From: an uncultured Nitrososphaerota archaeon
GTDB taxonomy: Archaea; Korarchaeota; Korarchaeia; Korarchaeales; Korarchaeaceae
DNA: 64,000 nt
NCBI GenBank assembly: GCA_964594835.1
Contig: CAZQNA010000001.1
Span: 96,001 to 160,000, forward strand
Reading direction: 5' to 3'
The notes under the pieces are model-generated. The model ran no database searches and had not been told where the DNA came from. It worked only from the letters and a program-made list of their open reading frames with translations. Position numbers and translations under genes: made by a program. This document shows, piece by piece, positions 55,097 through 64,000 of the stretch; position 1 is the stretch's first letter, and every line of letters starts with the position of its first letter.

Positions 55097-57748
55097 ATGA
55101 TCTCCCGGGCCGAGAGGAGGTACAGCTACGAGGAGGTGCTGTCGAGGCTCGACCCGACGGTGGCCGAGTGGTTCTCGACGAGTTTCAGCTCGCTCTCTCC
55201 CCCGCAGGAGTACGCGGTGGTGCCGATACTTGAGGGGAGGAACGTCCTGGTCTCGAGCCCGACCGGCACGGGGAAGACCCTGGCCGCCTTCCTGGGGATC
55301 GTCAGCAGGCTCTTCTCCCTGGCCAGGAGGGAGGAGCTGGAGGACAGGATCTACGCCGTCTACGTCTCGCCCCTGCGGGCCCTCAACAACGACATCTACA
55401 GGAACCTGGAGGTCCCCTTGGAGGAGATCTACCGTCTGGCCCGGGAGGAGGGAGTGGAGGCTCAGGAGATCAGGCACGCCGTCAGGACCGGTGATACCCC
55501 TCCCAGCGAGAGGCAGAGGCAGCTGAGGAGACCGCCTCACATCCTGATAACGACCCCGGAGACCCTCGCAATAGTCCTGGTCGCCCCGAAGTTTCGCCGA
55601 CACCTGGAGGGGGTGGAGTGGGTCATAGTCGACGAGATCCACAGCCTGGTGGAGAACAAGAGGGGGGTGCACCTGAGCCTCTCCCTGGAGAGGCTCGAGG
55701 AGCTGGCCGGGCGCCCCCCGGTCAGGATAGGCCTCTCGGCCACGATAAATCCGCTGGAGACGGTGGCCGAGTTCCTGGTCGGCTACAGGGACGGGAGGCC
55801 CAGGGACTGCCTGATAGTGGACGCCAGGTACGCCAAGCCCCTGGACCTGAGGGTTCTCTGCCCCGTGGACGACCTCATCCACACACCGTCGCCCCAGGTG
55901 AGCCAGAGGATGTACGAGCTGCTGGCGGACCTCGTCAGGGGGCACAGGACCACGCTGATATTCACCAACACCAGGAGCGGCACCGAGAGGGTGGTCTTCC
56001 ACCTCAAGAGGCTCCTCAACGAGGGGGTCGAGGACCTCGACGCGGGGGAGTCGATAGCCGCGCACCACAGCTCCCTCTCGAGGCACGTGAGGCACGACGT
56101 CGAGGAGCGCCTCAAGAGGGGTGAGCTGAGGGCGATAGTCTCCAGCACCAGCCTCGAGCTGGGCATAGACATAGGGTACATCGACCTGGTGGCTCAGATA
56201 GGGTCCCCGAAGTCCGTGACCAGGGCCCTCCAGAGGGTGGGGAGGGCGGGCCACAGGCTCCACGAGGTGAGCAAGGGGAGGTTCGTCGTCGTCGACAGGG
56301 ACGACGCCGTCGAGGTCGCGGTCATGGTGAGGGAGGCCCTCAACGGCCACCTCGACAGGGCCCGGATACCAGAGAAGGCGCTGGACGTCCTGGCCCAGCA
56401 CCTGGCCGGCATGGCCGTGGAGAGGAAGTGGGACGCGAGGGAGGCCTTTGAGCTCGTCAGGAGGGCCTATCCCTACAGGGACCTGACCTGGGAGGAGTTC
56501 GAGTCGGTCCTCAGGTACCTGTCGGGAGGGTACTCCGAGCTGGAGACCTACAAGGTGTACGGGAAGATATGGTACGACCCCGAGGAGGGGACGTTCGGCA
56601 GGAGGGGGAGGTACGCGAGGGTCATATACGCCACCAACATCGGCACAATACCTGACGAGGTCGCTGCGAGGGTCTACAGCGTCGAGGACAGCAGGTACAT
56701 CGGAAATCTGGAGGAGGAGTTCGTCGAGCGCCTCTCCCCGGGGGACAGGTTCGTCCTGGCAGGCAGGGTCTACGAGTTCGTGAGGTCCAAGGGCCTGAAG
56801 GTGTACGTGAGGCCGGCCTTTGACCAGAAGCCGACGGTCCCATCCTGGTTTAGTGAGATGCTCCCGCTCAGCTACGACCTGGCGATTCAGGTGGCGAGGT
56901 TCAGGGCCCGCGTCGCGCAGCAGATAGTCGCCGGTCGAGACGAGGGGGAGATCATCGAGGAGATTGCGAGGGAGTGCTCCACGGGCGAGAGGGCCGCCAG
57001 GGCGATATTCGAGTACATCAGGGAGCAGGTCAACTTCCTCAGATCCCTGGGCGTGGAGGACTTCCCCTCGGACGACGTCATCCTGGTGGAGACGTACCTG
57101 TCCGAAGAGGGGAGCGCCTACAGGGTGTTTCACACCCTCGTCGGCAGGAGGGCCAACGACGCCCTGTCCAGAGCCCTGGCCTACCGGGTCGGGGGGAGGG
57201 TCGGCAGGAACCTGGGCGTCGTCGTCGCGGACAACGGTTTCGCCCTCGTGTTCCCGAGAGGCGTGAGACCTCAGGGGCTCCTGAGCGAGCTCGACCCAGA
57301 TGACCTCAGGGGCGTCCTCCGGTCGGCGCTCGCGAACACGGAGCTGCTGAAGAGGAGGTTCCGACACGTTGCTGCCAGGGGCCTGATGATCCTCAGGAAC
57401 TACAAGGGCCACGAGATAAGGGTCAGCAGGCAGCAGGCCAGCGCCGAGACGATTCTCAGGGCCGTATGGGACATAGAAGGCTTTCCCCTGCTCAGGGAGA
57501 CCTTCAGGGAGATCATGGAGGACTTCATGGACGTGGAGACGGCCGAGCTTGTCCTGAGGTCCCTCAAGGACGGCGTCGCCAGGGAGGTGGAGCTCCCGCC
57601 CATGAGGGTCCCATCGCCGTTCTCCCATGGAATAGTGCTGCAGGGGCTCAGCGACGTGGTCCTCATGGAGGACAGGAGGGCAATGCTGGAGAGGTTCCAC
57701 CGCATGGTTCTGGAGTTCGTCGAGGCTCAGCGCGCCGGCGGGGGGTGA
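55097..57748 (+). CDS. lhr: Lhr-family helicase (aLhr2-like)
   Basis: SPTGTGKT, DEIH, LSAT, HHSSL, LELGID, QRVGRAGH, NIGTIPDE, PSWFSE, RRFRHVA.R, PSPF. Confidence 0.95.
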   Translation: MISRAERRYSYEEVLSRLDPTVAEWFSTSFSSLSPPQEYAVVPILEGRNVLVSSPTGTGKTLAAFLGIVSRLFSLARREELEDRIYAVYVSPLRALNNDIYRNLEVPLEEIYRLAREEGVEAQEIRHAVRTGDTPPSERQRQLRRPPHILITTPETLAIVLVAPKFRRHLEGVEWVIVDEIHSLVENKRGVHLSLSLERLEELAGRPPVRIGLSATINPLETVAEFLVGYRDGRPRDCLIVDARYAKPLDLRVLCPVDDLIHTPSPQVSQRMYELLADLVRGHRTTLIFTNTRSGTERVVFHLKRLLNEGVEDLDAGESIAAHHSSLSRHVRHDVEERLKRGELRAIVSSTSLELGIDIGYIDLVAQIGSPKSVTRALQRVGRAGHRLHEVSKGRFVVVDRDDAVEVAVMVREALNGHLDRARIPEKALDVLAQHLAGMAVERKWDAREAFELVRRAYPYRDLTWEEFESVLRYLSGGYSELETYKVYGKIWYDPEEGTFGRRGRYARVIYATNIGTIPDEVAARVYSVEDSRYIGNLEEEFVERLSPGDRFVLAGRVYEFVRSKGLKVYVRPAFDQKPTVPSWFSEMLPLSYDLAIQVARFRARVAQQIVAGRDEGEIIEEIARECSTGERAARAIFEYIREQVNFLRSLGVEDFPSDDVILVETYLSEEGSAYRVFHTLVGRRANDALSRALAYRVGGRVGRNLGVVVADNGFALVFPRGVRPQGLLSELDPDDLRGVLRSALANTELLKRRFRHVAARGLMILRNYKGHEIRVSRQQASAETILRAVWDIEGFPLLRETFREIMEDFMDVETAELVLRSLKDGVAREVELPPMRVPSPFSHGIVLQGLSDVVLMEDRRAMLERFHRMVLEFVEAQRAGGG

Positions 57749-58512
57749 CGCGCCTGTTCCTCAGGATTGGCGACATCACGCTCTTCCCCCACGGCGCCAT
57801 GCTCGCCGACGTCGGGGCCCTCGTCGTGGTGGACCTCCACATAGGGTACGAGGAGGTCCTCTTAGAGAGCGGGATACACCTCCCCCGCAGTCAGTACGGC
57901 AGGATCAAGCTGTCCATCGTCGAGGCGCTCGAGAGGTTCGACCCCGACTCGCTGGTCCTGCTGGGGGACGTCAAGCACGAGTTCGGCGGGGCGACCCGGC
58001 AGGAGTGGGTCGAGGTCCTGGACCTCATCCGGAGCCTGAAGAGCACCGTCGACATCCAGGTCGTCCGCGGGAATCACGACAACTACCTGATCCCCATCCT
58101 CAGGAGAGAGGGTATCCCGCTGCTCGACCCGGGCCTCTCCGTGGGCAGGTACTACTTGGTCCACGGCCACAAGCCCCTTGAGGGACTCCCCGAGGGGGCG
58201 GAGTTCCTTGTGATGGGCCACGAGCACCCGGCTGTGGGGCTGAGGGACGAGCTTGGAGTCAAGAGGAAGTTCAAGTGCGCCCTCCTGGGGAGCCTTGACG
58301 ACCTGTCGGTGCTTGTTCTCCCCGCGATGTCCCCGCTGGCCCCCGGCACGGACGTGCTTGCGACTCCGAGGCGGGACCTCCTAAGCCCCATCCTCTCGCG
58401 GCTCGACGTGGGTCAGTTCGAGGTGGTGGTCACCGACGAGGAGGCTGGCACGATGAGGATGGGGACCGTGGCTCAGCTGAGGAGGGTTCAGGGGATACCC
58501 GTCGACCTCTGA
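57745..58512 (+). CDS. Lhr-associated metallophosphoesterase (MPE)
   Basis: DLHIG, LGDVKH, GNHD, HGH, GHEHP, LPAMS; GTGA overlap with the lhr stop. Confidence 0.9.
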   Translation: MTRLFLRIGDITLFPHGAMLADVGALVVVDLHIGYEEVLLESGIHLPRSQYGRIKLSIVEALERFDPDSLVLLGDVKHEFGGATRQEWVEVLDLIRSLKSTVDIQVVRGNHDNYLIPILRREGIPLLDPGLSVGRYYLVHGHKPLEGLPEGAEFLVMGHEHPAVGLRDELGVKRKFKCALLGSLDDLSVLVLPAMSPLAPGTDVLATPRRDLLSPILSRLDVGQFEVVVTDEEAGTMRMGTVAQLRRVQGIPVDL

Positions 58513-58523
58513 GCCCGCCTCGG

Positions 58524-60095
58524 TCAGATGAACATCATGACGGCCAGCGTCACAAAGGACATGAACCCGAGCTCCCTCAGGCCGGACGTGAAGTGCCCAG
58601 TCCTCACGGTGCCGAGGCTGAGGGCTATGACGGTGGTTTGGGCGAAGGCCTGGAATAGGATGGCGCTCCTCACCGTCTTCGATGCCACCTTTGAGATCGC
58701 CTCCACGTTCAGTATCCTGAACATCAGCACGTAGGACCCGACGACCAGGAAGAACGCGAGGAGCGCCGTCAGGTAGTTGGCCATCTTCTGCCCCTCCGTG
58801 TCCATCCAGAGCTCCCTTATTCGGCCGGTGAACTCGGATATGGTCTCAAAGGTCTCCTCCAGGTCGGCCCCGGCGTTGAGCGCGTTGATTATGAGCAGGC
58901 TGATGAGCCTGGAGACGCTGTACCTGACCTCCCTGGCGACGCTCTGCAGTATGACCATGTAGGGCAGCCTGAGCTTCGCCCAGGCCTTCATCTTGGAGAC
59001 GAGCTCCCTCAGCGGCTTGTAGGGCGCCTTAGCTGAGAGTATGGCGTCTGAGAAGGGCCTTCCCCCCCTGAGCTCGGCGAATATGTCCTGCAGGAGCATC
59101 GGAAAGTCGAAGGCCTGCCCCTTCAGCACCCACTCCTCCCTCCTTATGGTGAGCCACCCGACGATCCCGCCGACCCCCACGGCCAGCATGGCAATCCGGG
59201 TCGTCCCGAGTTCGACGGGCAGGGGGCTCATCCCCCTGGTCTCCAGGTATGAGAAGGCTGAGAAGGCGATGGCCATCACGCTCAGCGACCTGGCCCAGGC
59301 GTGGATGACTGTGTCCTGCTTGAAGTAGAAGAGCCTGGTGCTGAACACCTTGAAGAGGAAGACGAATATTGGTGAGGGCACGACCGTGGTGGCTATGGTG
59401 GCGACGAGGGGGCCCGAGCTAACCGCGCCCTCCTGGGCGAGGGCCTGGAAGGAGAATATCATGATCATGACGAACGGGAAGATCGTGGCCGTGAGGGTGT
59501 AGATGATGAGGACCATCATCAGCCTCTCGGTCCTCTCGCGCAGCGCTATGATCGTCCTGTTGATGGAGTCCTCCAGCTCCACCTTGAGCATCTCGCTGAC
59601 GGCCTCCCCCCTGGTCGCCAGGTAGTCGTGGAGCCTGGCGTACACCCTGGACCATGCCTGGCTCGGTGACAGCCGCCTGTTTATCTCCAGTCCCGCGAGC
59701 GAGCCGGCCGCGGCTATCCTGCTGGCCACCCTCCTGAAGTACTCCGCCGCCTCCTTCTTCGGAGCTATGTTGGCGGCCACCCTGAAGCAGTCGCTGAGGG
59801 CTCTCCCCACCCTCTGGAGGATCCACAGGGATGCTAGGTAGGCCCAGAGGTCCTCCTCGACGCTGCTGGCCAGGGCCAGCATTCCCAGGAAGGGGGTCAC
59901 CAGGTAGATCAGTGGGGGTATCGCGGCCAGGGGCACGGCGTAGTAGGGCTTCTTCAGCAGCCCGAAGTAGGCCGCGGCCGCGGAGAGCCCCGACGACACC
60001 ACCGCGATTAGGATCAGCCTCCTCTTGAAGCCCTCAGGTCTGACGTCGTACATCCCGGCCTTTATCAGCAGCTCGTTGGAGATCAACTGGATCAC
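58524..60095 (-). CDS. Type IV pilus/Tad inner membrane platform protein (TadC/ArlJ-like)
   Basis: Two cytoplasmic T2SSF-like domains flanked by TM helices; follows the ATPase. Confidence 0.85.
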   Translation of the reverse strand: MIQLISNELLIKAGMYDVRPEGFKRRLILIAVVSSGLSAAAAYFGLLKKPYYAVPLAAIPPLIYLVTPFLGMLALASSVEEDLWAYLASLWILQRVGRALSDCFRVAANIAPKKEAAEYFRRVASRIAAAGSLAGLEINRRLSPSQAWSRVYARLHDYLATRGEAVSEMLKVELEDSINRTIIALRERTERLMMVLIIYTLTATIFPFVMIMIFSFQALAQEGAVSSGPLVATIATTVVPSPIFVFLFKVFSTRLFYFKQDTVIHAWARSLSVMAIAFSAFSYLETRGMSPLPVELGTTRIAMLAVGVGGIVGWLTIRREEWVLKGQAFDFPMLLQDIFAELRGGRPFSDAILSAKAPYKPLRELVSKMKAWAKLRLPYMVILQSVAREVRYSVSRLISLLIINALNAGADLEETFETISEFTGRIRELWMDTEGQKMANYLTALLAFFLVVGSYVLMFRILNVEAISKVASKTVRSAILFQAFAQTTVIALSLGTVRTGHFTSGLRELGFMSFVTLAVMMFI

Positions 60096-61528
60096 CTTGC
60101 CAGGGCCATCTTCGCCCTGAACTTGGCGACCCTGGCGGCGAGCTCGTCGACCCTCCTCAGGTACTCGTCCACCACGTCATTGAGCGGGCGCCCCTCCTTC
60201 TTGGCAATCTCCCTGAAGAGGACGCTGCTCCTGAGCGGGTCTCCCACCAGCTCGTCGTACTTCAGGGTGAACACGTCGTTAAGCCTAAGCTCCTCATCCT
60301 CGTAGAGGATCTCCGAGATTCTGACGACCCTCCTCTTCTTCCCCTCCCTCCTGAGGAGGACCGCCACCTTGAAGTCGGCCACCCTCTCCTCGGGCAGGTT
60401 GATGGGGTCGCTGGTCAGCCTTGCGAGCACGCCCTCCAGCGTGTCCGAGTGGAAGGTCGTGAGCGCGGTGTGGCCCAGGTGGATGAACTGGACCAGGAGC
60501 CTGGTCTCGGCTCCCCTGCTCTCGCCCACGACCACATAGTCAGGCCTCATCCTCAGCACGTCCCTCATGAGGTCGGCTATGGTGAGTCCCGCCGCAGATA
60601 CCCCGGGGGGCTGACCGATCAGGGAGGTCCAGTTCCCGTGCTCCGGCAGGTGTATCTCCGGCGTGTCCTCAACCGTGACTATGTGCCTGTCCTTGGGCAG
60701 GAGGGAGAGGAGGGCGTTCAGGAAGGTGGTCTTCCCGCTCCCCGTCTCCCCGACTATGAAGCCTGACATCCCGTGCTCCGCGACCAGCCAGAGGTACGCG
60801 GCCGCCTCGACGGTGATCGTGCCGTACATTATAAGCTCCTCTATCCCGGGCCTCCTGACGAACTTCCTTATGGTGAAGGTGGTCCCGCCCTCGCTGGCGG
60901 CGGGGCCGAAGAGGGCGTGGACCCTGCTGCCGTCGGGGAGCCTGCCCTCCAGCCTCGGCCGGGCCAGCGAGACCTGCCTGCCCACCATCTCGGCGAGCTT
61001 CAGGACGATGAACCTGGCCTCCTCCTCAGAGATCTCCACGTTGCTCTCGAACCAGCTCGGCCTGCCGGAGAGGAAGACGTAGATCTTCCTGGAGCCCCTG
61101 GCCGGCAGGGTGAGGTCCTCGACCTCCCCGTCCCTGAGGATGGGGTCTAGCTTCCCGAGGCCCTGGATGTCCCTCCTCAGATAGTAGGTGAAGGCCCTGA
61201 TCGCCCTGTCGACCCTCTCGTTCGGCGGCCTGCCCTTCTTCAGCTTCACCTTCAGCGCCCTGGTGGCCGCCTCCAGGTAGAGGTCGTTCAGCTTCTCCAT
61301 CTCGTCCATGGTTATCCTGGAAAGGACGAACTCCTTGGCCTCCTCCAGCAGGTCCGCCGGGGGCTCGGGGGGCTCCAGGATGACGTACTTGTCCCCGAGG
61401 AGGCCGCGCCACGCCAGCCCCCCCTCTATCTCCAGGACGTCCTCTAGGCCCTCCAAGAGGGAGTAATGCTCCTCCCAAACGTCAACGAAGGCCAAGGGAT
61501 CCTCCTTCTTCTTCCCGCGGCCGAACAA
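60092..61528 (-). CDS. Type II/IV secretion ATPase (TadA/ArlI-like)
   Basis: FTIRKF, GETGSGKTT, VEDTPE, LRMRPD..VVGESRG, GH..TTFH. Confidence 0.95.
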   Translation of the reverse strand: MFGRGKKKEDPLAFVDVWEEHYSLLEGLEDVLEIEGGLAWRGLLGDKYVILEPPEPPADLLEEAKEFVLSRITMDEMEKLNDLYLEAATRALKVKLKKGRPPNERVDRAIRAFTYYLRRDIQGLGKLDPILRDGEVEDLTLPARGSRKIYVFLSGRPSWFESNVEISEEEARFIVLKLAEMVGRQVSLARPRLEGRLPDGSRVHALFGPAASEGGTTFTIRKFVRRPGIEELIMYGTITVEAAAYLWLVAEHGMSGFIVGETGSGKTTFLNALLSLLPKDRHIVTVEDTPEIHLPEHGNWTSLIGQPPGVSAAGLTIADLMRDVLRMRPDYVVVGESRGAETRLLVQFIHLGHTALTTFHSDTLEGVLARLTSDPINLPEERVADFKVAVLLRREGKKRRVVRISEILYEDEELRLNDVFTLKYDELVGDPLRSSVLFREIAKKEGRPLNDVVDEYLRRVDELAARVAKFRAKMALAR

Positions 61529-61592
61529 TGGCAGCCCCTCACCTCGGCCGGGGTGCCCTACCTTTTTTCGATTCCGCTCCGGAGGCCGCCCC

Positions 61593-62057
61593 TCAGCCTC
61601 CCACGCCGGGCAGCTGCGCTATTATGTTGGCCACCTTGATCAGGTAGGAGTCCGTTCCTTGGTCGTAGGCCAGTACTATGAAGATCTTTCCGCTGTAGAG
61701 CTTCGGGGGGGACGTGACGTTGATGGACGAGTAGTAGGGCGCCTCGGCCTTGACCCTTATCTCCCCGGTCAGGGTCCTCGCCACCACCCAGACCTCCACG
61801 ACCGACCTGTTCTCGTCCACGTGCATCTCGTAGTACTTGTTGGGCGACTCAGGCGCCTCCACGACGGCCACCTGGGACATCACGCCAGACTCGTACGCTC
61901 GAGCGACGAACGTTATCTCGGTCGCCAGGGTGGTGGCCAGGTCCCTCGCCTCCCTCTCCAGCTTGTAGGACACCACCGCTGGCCTGATAGCGATTATGTA
62001 CGCCGATATGATGAGCGCGACGAGGATTATGGCCCCCCAGGTCACGGCCTGCTCCAA
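61593..62057 (-). CDS. Pilin-like protein
   Basis: N-terminal hydrophobic helix plus amphipathic helix and beta globular domain; in pilus operon. Confidence 0.7.
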   Translation of the reverse strand: MEQAVTWGAIILVALIISAYIIAIRPAVVSYKLEREARDLATTLATEITFVARAYESGVMSQVAVVEAPESPNKYYEMHVDENRSVVEVWVVARTLTGEIRVKAEAPYYSSINVTSPPKLYSGKIFIVLAYDQGTDSYLIKVANIIAQLPGVGG

Positions 62058-63173
62058 CTACACACCCCCTGCGGCGTATACCCTCACGAACAGGACGTAT
62101 GGTGCTATTAACACTAAGTTCGACGAGTTGTACTCGTCGTCCGCGCGGGTCATGTGGATGACCCAGGGTCCCGGGGAGACCCTCAGCGGATCGTTCAGCC
62201 TCCAGTTGTATGACGAGACCCCAGAGACGTTGAAGAGGAGCTTCCCCGTCACGGGAGACCGAACCTCCATGTTCCCCGCAACCCCGTAGGATATGGAGAT
62301 GGTCTCGCCGACGAAGGCCATGTGCTTGTCGACGTCCACCCAGGGCCTGTTCGGGACGGTCACCTTCTCCCTCACCGGCGCCTGCGCGTCGGCGACTATG
62401 TTGAGGTGCCCGGCGCCCGGGTCGTAGACGAACCTGATGGACATGCTCCCGGCGGACTCGCACGGGGCCAGGGGACAGCAGAAGGTGCCGTCTGAGTGAT
62501 AGCAGTACTCTATCGGCTCGAGCCTGCCCTCGTAGAAGTAGGTTCCGTTCTGGTAGTCTCCGTTTCCTGAGAGCGAGTGGTCCGGTGGGCAGCTCGTGCA
62601 GTTGTGGCAGCCCGTGCAGCTTCCGCACGACTGATACGGCAGGTCGATGTCGACGCTCACGTTCTTCTCCTCGGCCGGCACGCCGGAAGGCAGGTGGACG
62701 AACGTAGAGTAGACGCGGACGTAGTCCATGTCGAGGCTCTGCGTCCCGTACCTGTACACGTCCCTCGCTGGGACGATGAACCCCTTGACGGTCCCGTTGG
62801 AGGGCAGGTAAACGGGGGCGGGCTTCTCCACGACCGTCACGTCTCCACGCAGAGTCTGGTTGATCACGTAGAACGATCCCGCCTCGCCCGTCCCGTTGCT
62901 CACCACGAGCTGGACGACTAGGCTGAGGCCGGTGTCCGTCGCGACGGCCAGGGACCAGTTGTAGAGGGTCGCGCTGAGCTCCGTCCCGTTGAGGGGGCCG
63001 TAGGCGAACTCGTGGACGTAGTAGTAGGCCGCCACGGAGGCGAGGCTCCTGGCCACCTGCCTCCTGTAAAGCTCCGAGCTGATCTCCACCCTCGGTCTGA
63101 GGGCAAGGACGGTCGTCAGGGCTATCCCTATCAGGACGATCCCGAGAACCGCCTCGAGTGGCTCCACGTCCAT
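62058..63173 (-). CDS. Large pilin-like protein with Cys-rich insert
   Basis: N-terminal E-containing hydrophobic helix, sequons, CGSCTGCHNCTSCP. Confidence 0.7.
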   Translation of the reverse strand: MDVEPLEAVLGIVLIGIALTTVLALRPRVEISSELYRRQVARSLASVAAYYYVHEFAYGPLNGTELSATLYNWSLAVATDTGLSLVVQLVVSNGTGEAGSFYVINQTLRGDVTVVEKPAPVYLPSNGTVKGFIVPARDVYRYGTQSLDMDYVRVYSTFVHLPSGVPAEEKNVSVDIDLPYQSCGSCTGCHNCTSCPPDHSLSGNGDYQNGTYFYEGRLEPIEYCYHSDGTFCCPLAPCESAGSMSIRFVYDPGAGHLNIVADAQAPVREKVTVPNRPWVDVDKHMAFVGETISISYGVAGNMEVRSPVTGKLLFNVSGVSSYNWRLNDPLRVSPGPWVIHMTRADDEYNSSNLVLIAPYVLFVRVYAAGGV

Positions 63174-63177
63174 GCCA

Positions 63178-63693
63178 TCACCCCGACACCGTTATCGTGA
63201 CCTTGTAGAGCCCCCTCGGCAGCGTCGTGGTTCCTATAGAGGCGTCCCCAGCCAAGTAGACAACCAGGGTCGACGACAGGACGCTCTCCCTGAGCACCGG
63301 AGTACCGAGGGTCAGAGCCGGCGAATCCTCAAATGTCGCGGTGGAGGCGTTGTACTGGAAGAAGACGAGCCTGAAATCTATCCCCGAGGCCACCACAGAC
63401 CTCCTCAAATCCTCGTAGTCCATGCGCGAGAGGTTCTCCAGCTTCTCGGGGTCGACCACGTAGGGCCAGACGGTCGTGAAGTTGACCCCCCTCTCCTCCA
63501 GTGCGAGGCCCACCGAGGGTGGTGTTGCGTTCCAGTCCCCGGGGTTCTCGAACAGCTGGACTGTGGCCAGCTCCAGCGCGGTCTCGAGCGCCTGAGGGCT
63601 GGAGGCGGAGTGGCTCCTCAGGATGTTTATGGCGTACCCCCCAAAGATCAGGACGGGGATCATCGACGCGAGGAACACCAGGGCCTTCCTCAT
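63178..63693 (-). CDS. Pilin-like protein
   Basis: N-terminal hydrophobic segment, PG.W..GL motif seen in archaeal minor pilin-like proteins. Confidence 0.65.
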   Translation of the reverse strand: MRKALVFLASMIPVLIFGGYAINILRSHSASSPQALETALELATVQLFENPGDWNATPPSVGLALEERGVNFTTVWPYVVDPEKLENLSRMDYEDLRRSVVASGIDFRLVFFQYNASTATFEDSPALTLGTPVLRESVLSSTLVVYLAGDASIGTTTLPRGLYKVTITVSG

Positions 63694-63697
63694 GCGC

Positions 63698-64000
63698 TCA
63701 TCCCCCCGAGGCCACTACGCGGATCGTCTTGTTCCCAACATTCTCCACCACCAGCGGGACGTCGGAGCCGGATGGGATCGCGCCTGACAGCGTGAGGTTC
63801 CACCCCCCGATGGCCATAACCTTGAAGACGAGCTGAGATTCTTCCACGGTCTGATTGACGATCGAAACCGCCCCGGTGGCGAGTACAACCGATCCTGAAA
63901 ATCTCGGGGGGTTCTTTAGCATGATCCAGATGCTCTTGTTCACTTCTGTCCCCTTTCCGGCTAGGACTACAACTTCAGAGGGAACCTCAAATCTCAGAGT
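63698..64000 (-). CDS. C-terminal part of a pilus-operon protein (5' end beyond the window)
   Basis: Frame is open from 64000 (TLRFEVPSEVVV...) through the stop at 63698. Confidence 0.6.
   Translation of the reverse strand, partial: TLRFEVPSEVVVLAGKGTEVNKSIWIMLKNPPRFSGSVVLATGAVSIVNQTVEESQLVFKVMAIGGWNLTLSGAIPSGSDVPLVVENVGNKTIRVVASGG

Noticed and set aside
54632-57700. 1022-aa - strand ORF
   Set aside because: Antisense shadow of lhr; no motifs and biased composition
57466-57744. N-terminal extension of MPE
   Set aside because: Overlaps lhr; GTGA coupling at 57745 is the likely start
1-64000. CRISPR arrays, transposases, integrases, tRNAs, inteins
   Set aside because: None seen by eye; no spaced repeats and no intein-sized insertions in PolB or Lhr

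Overview
GC-rich archaeal chromosomal segment. The archaeal histone, stand-alone 5S rRNA, C/D-box guide RNAs, AMP phosphorylase, archaeal IleRS/AspRS and GGTGA Shine-Dalgarno motifs suggest a TACK/Thermoproteota lineage, possibly Korarchaeia-like (inference). It is densely packed with about 50 mostly housekeeping genes. I saw no transposase, integrase, CRISPR array or tRNA. Most notable: (1) a three-gene smc-kleisin-kite operon whose 574-aa SMC carries SMC5/6-type signatures but has no visible hinge or zinc hook, divergent from an unknown gene and an OB-fold/dead-AAA fusion; (2) the ac4C writer TmcA/Nat10 overlapping a YqfB-like ASCH gene, with an orphan K-turn sRNA immediately downstream; (3) four unannotated C/D-like sRNAs, one predicted to guide 23S Um2552 and Am2577; (4) a PolB with intact polymerase motifs but all three exonuclease motifs degenerate; (5) an AspRS with a rewired amino-acid pocket; (6) a type IV/Tad pilus locus with a CxxC-repeat pilin-like protein; (7) a perfect 73-bp repeat shared by two moeA paralogs; (8) a probable CTG start codon. 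All assignments are from motif reading by eye; no searches were run.
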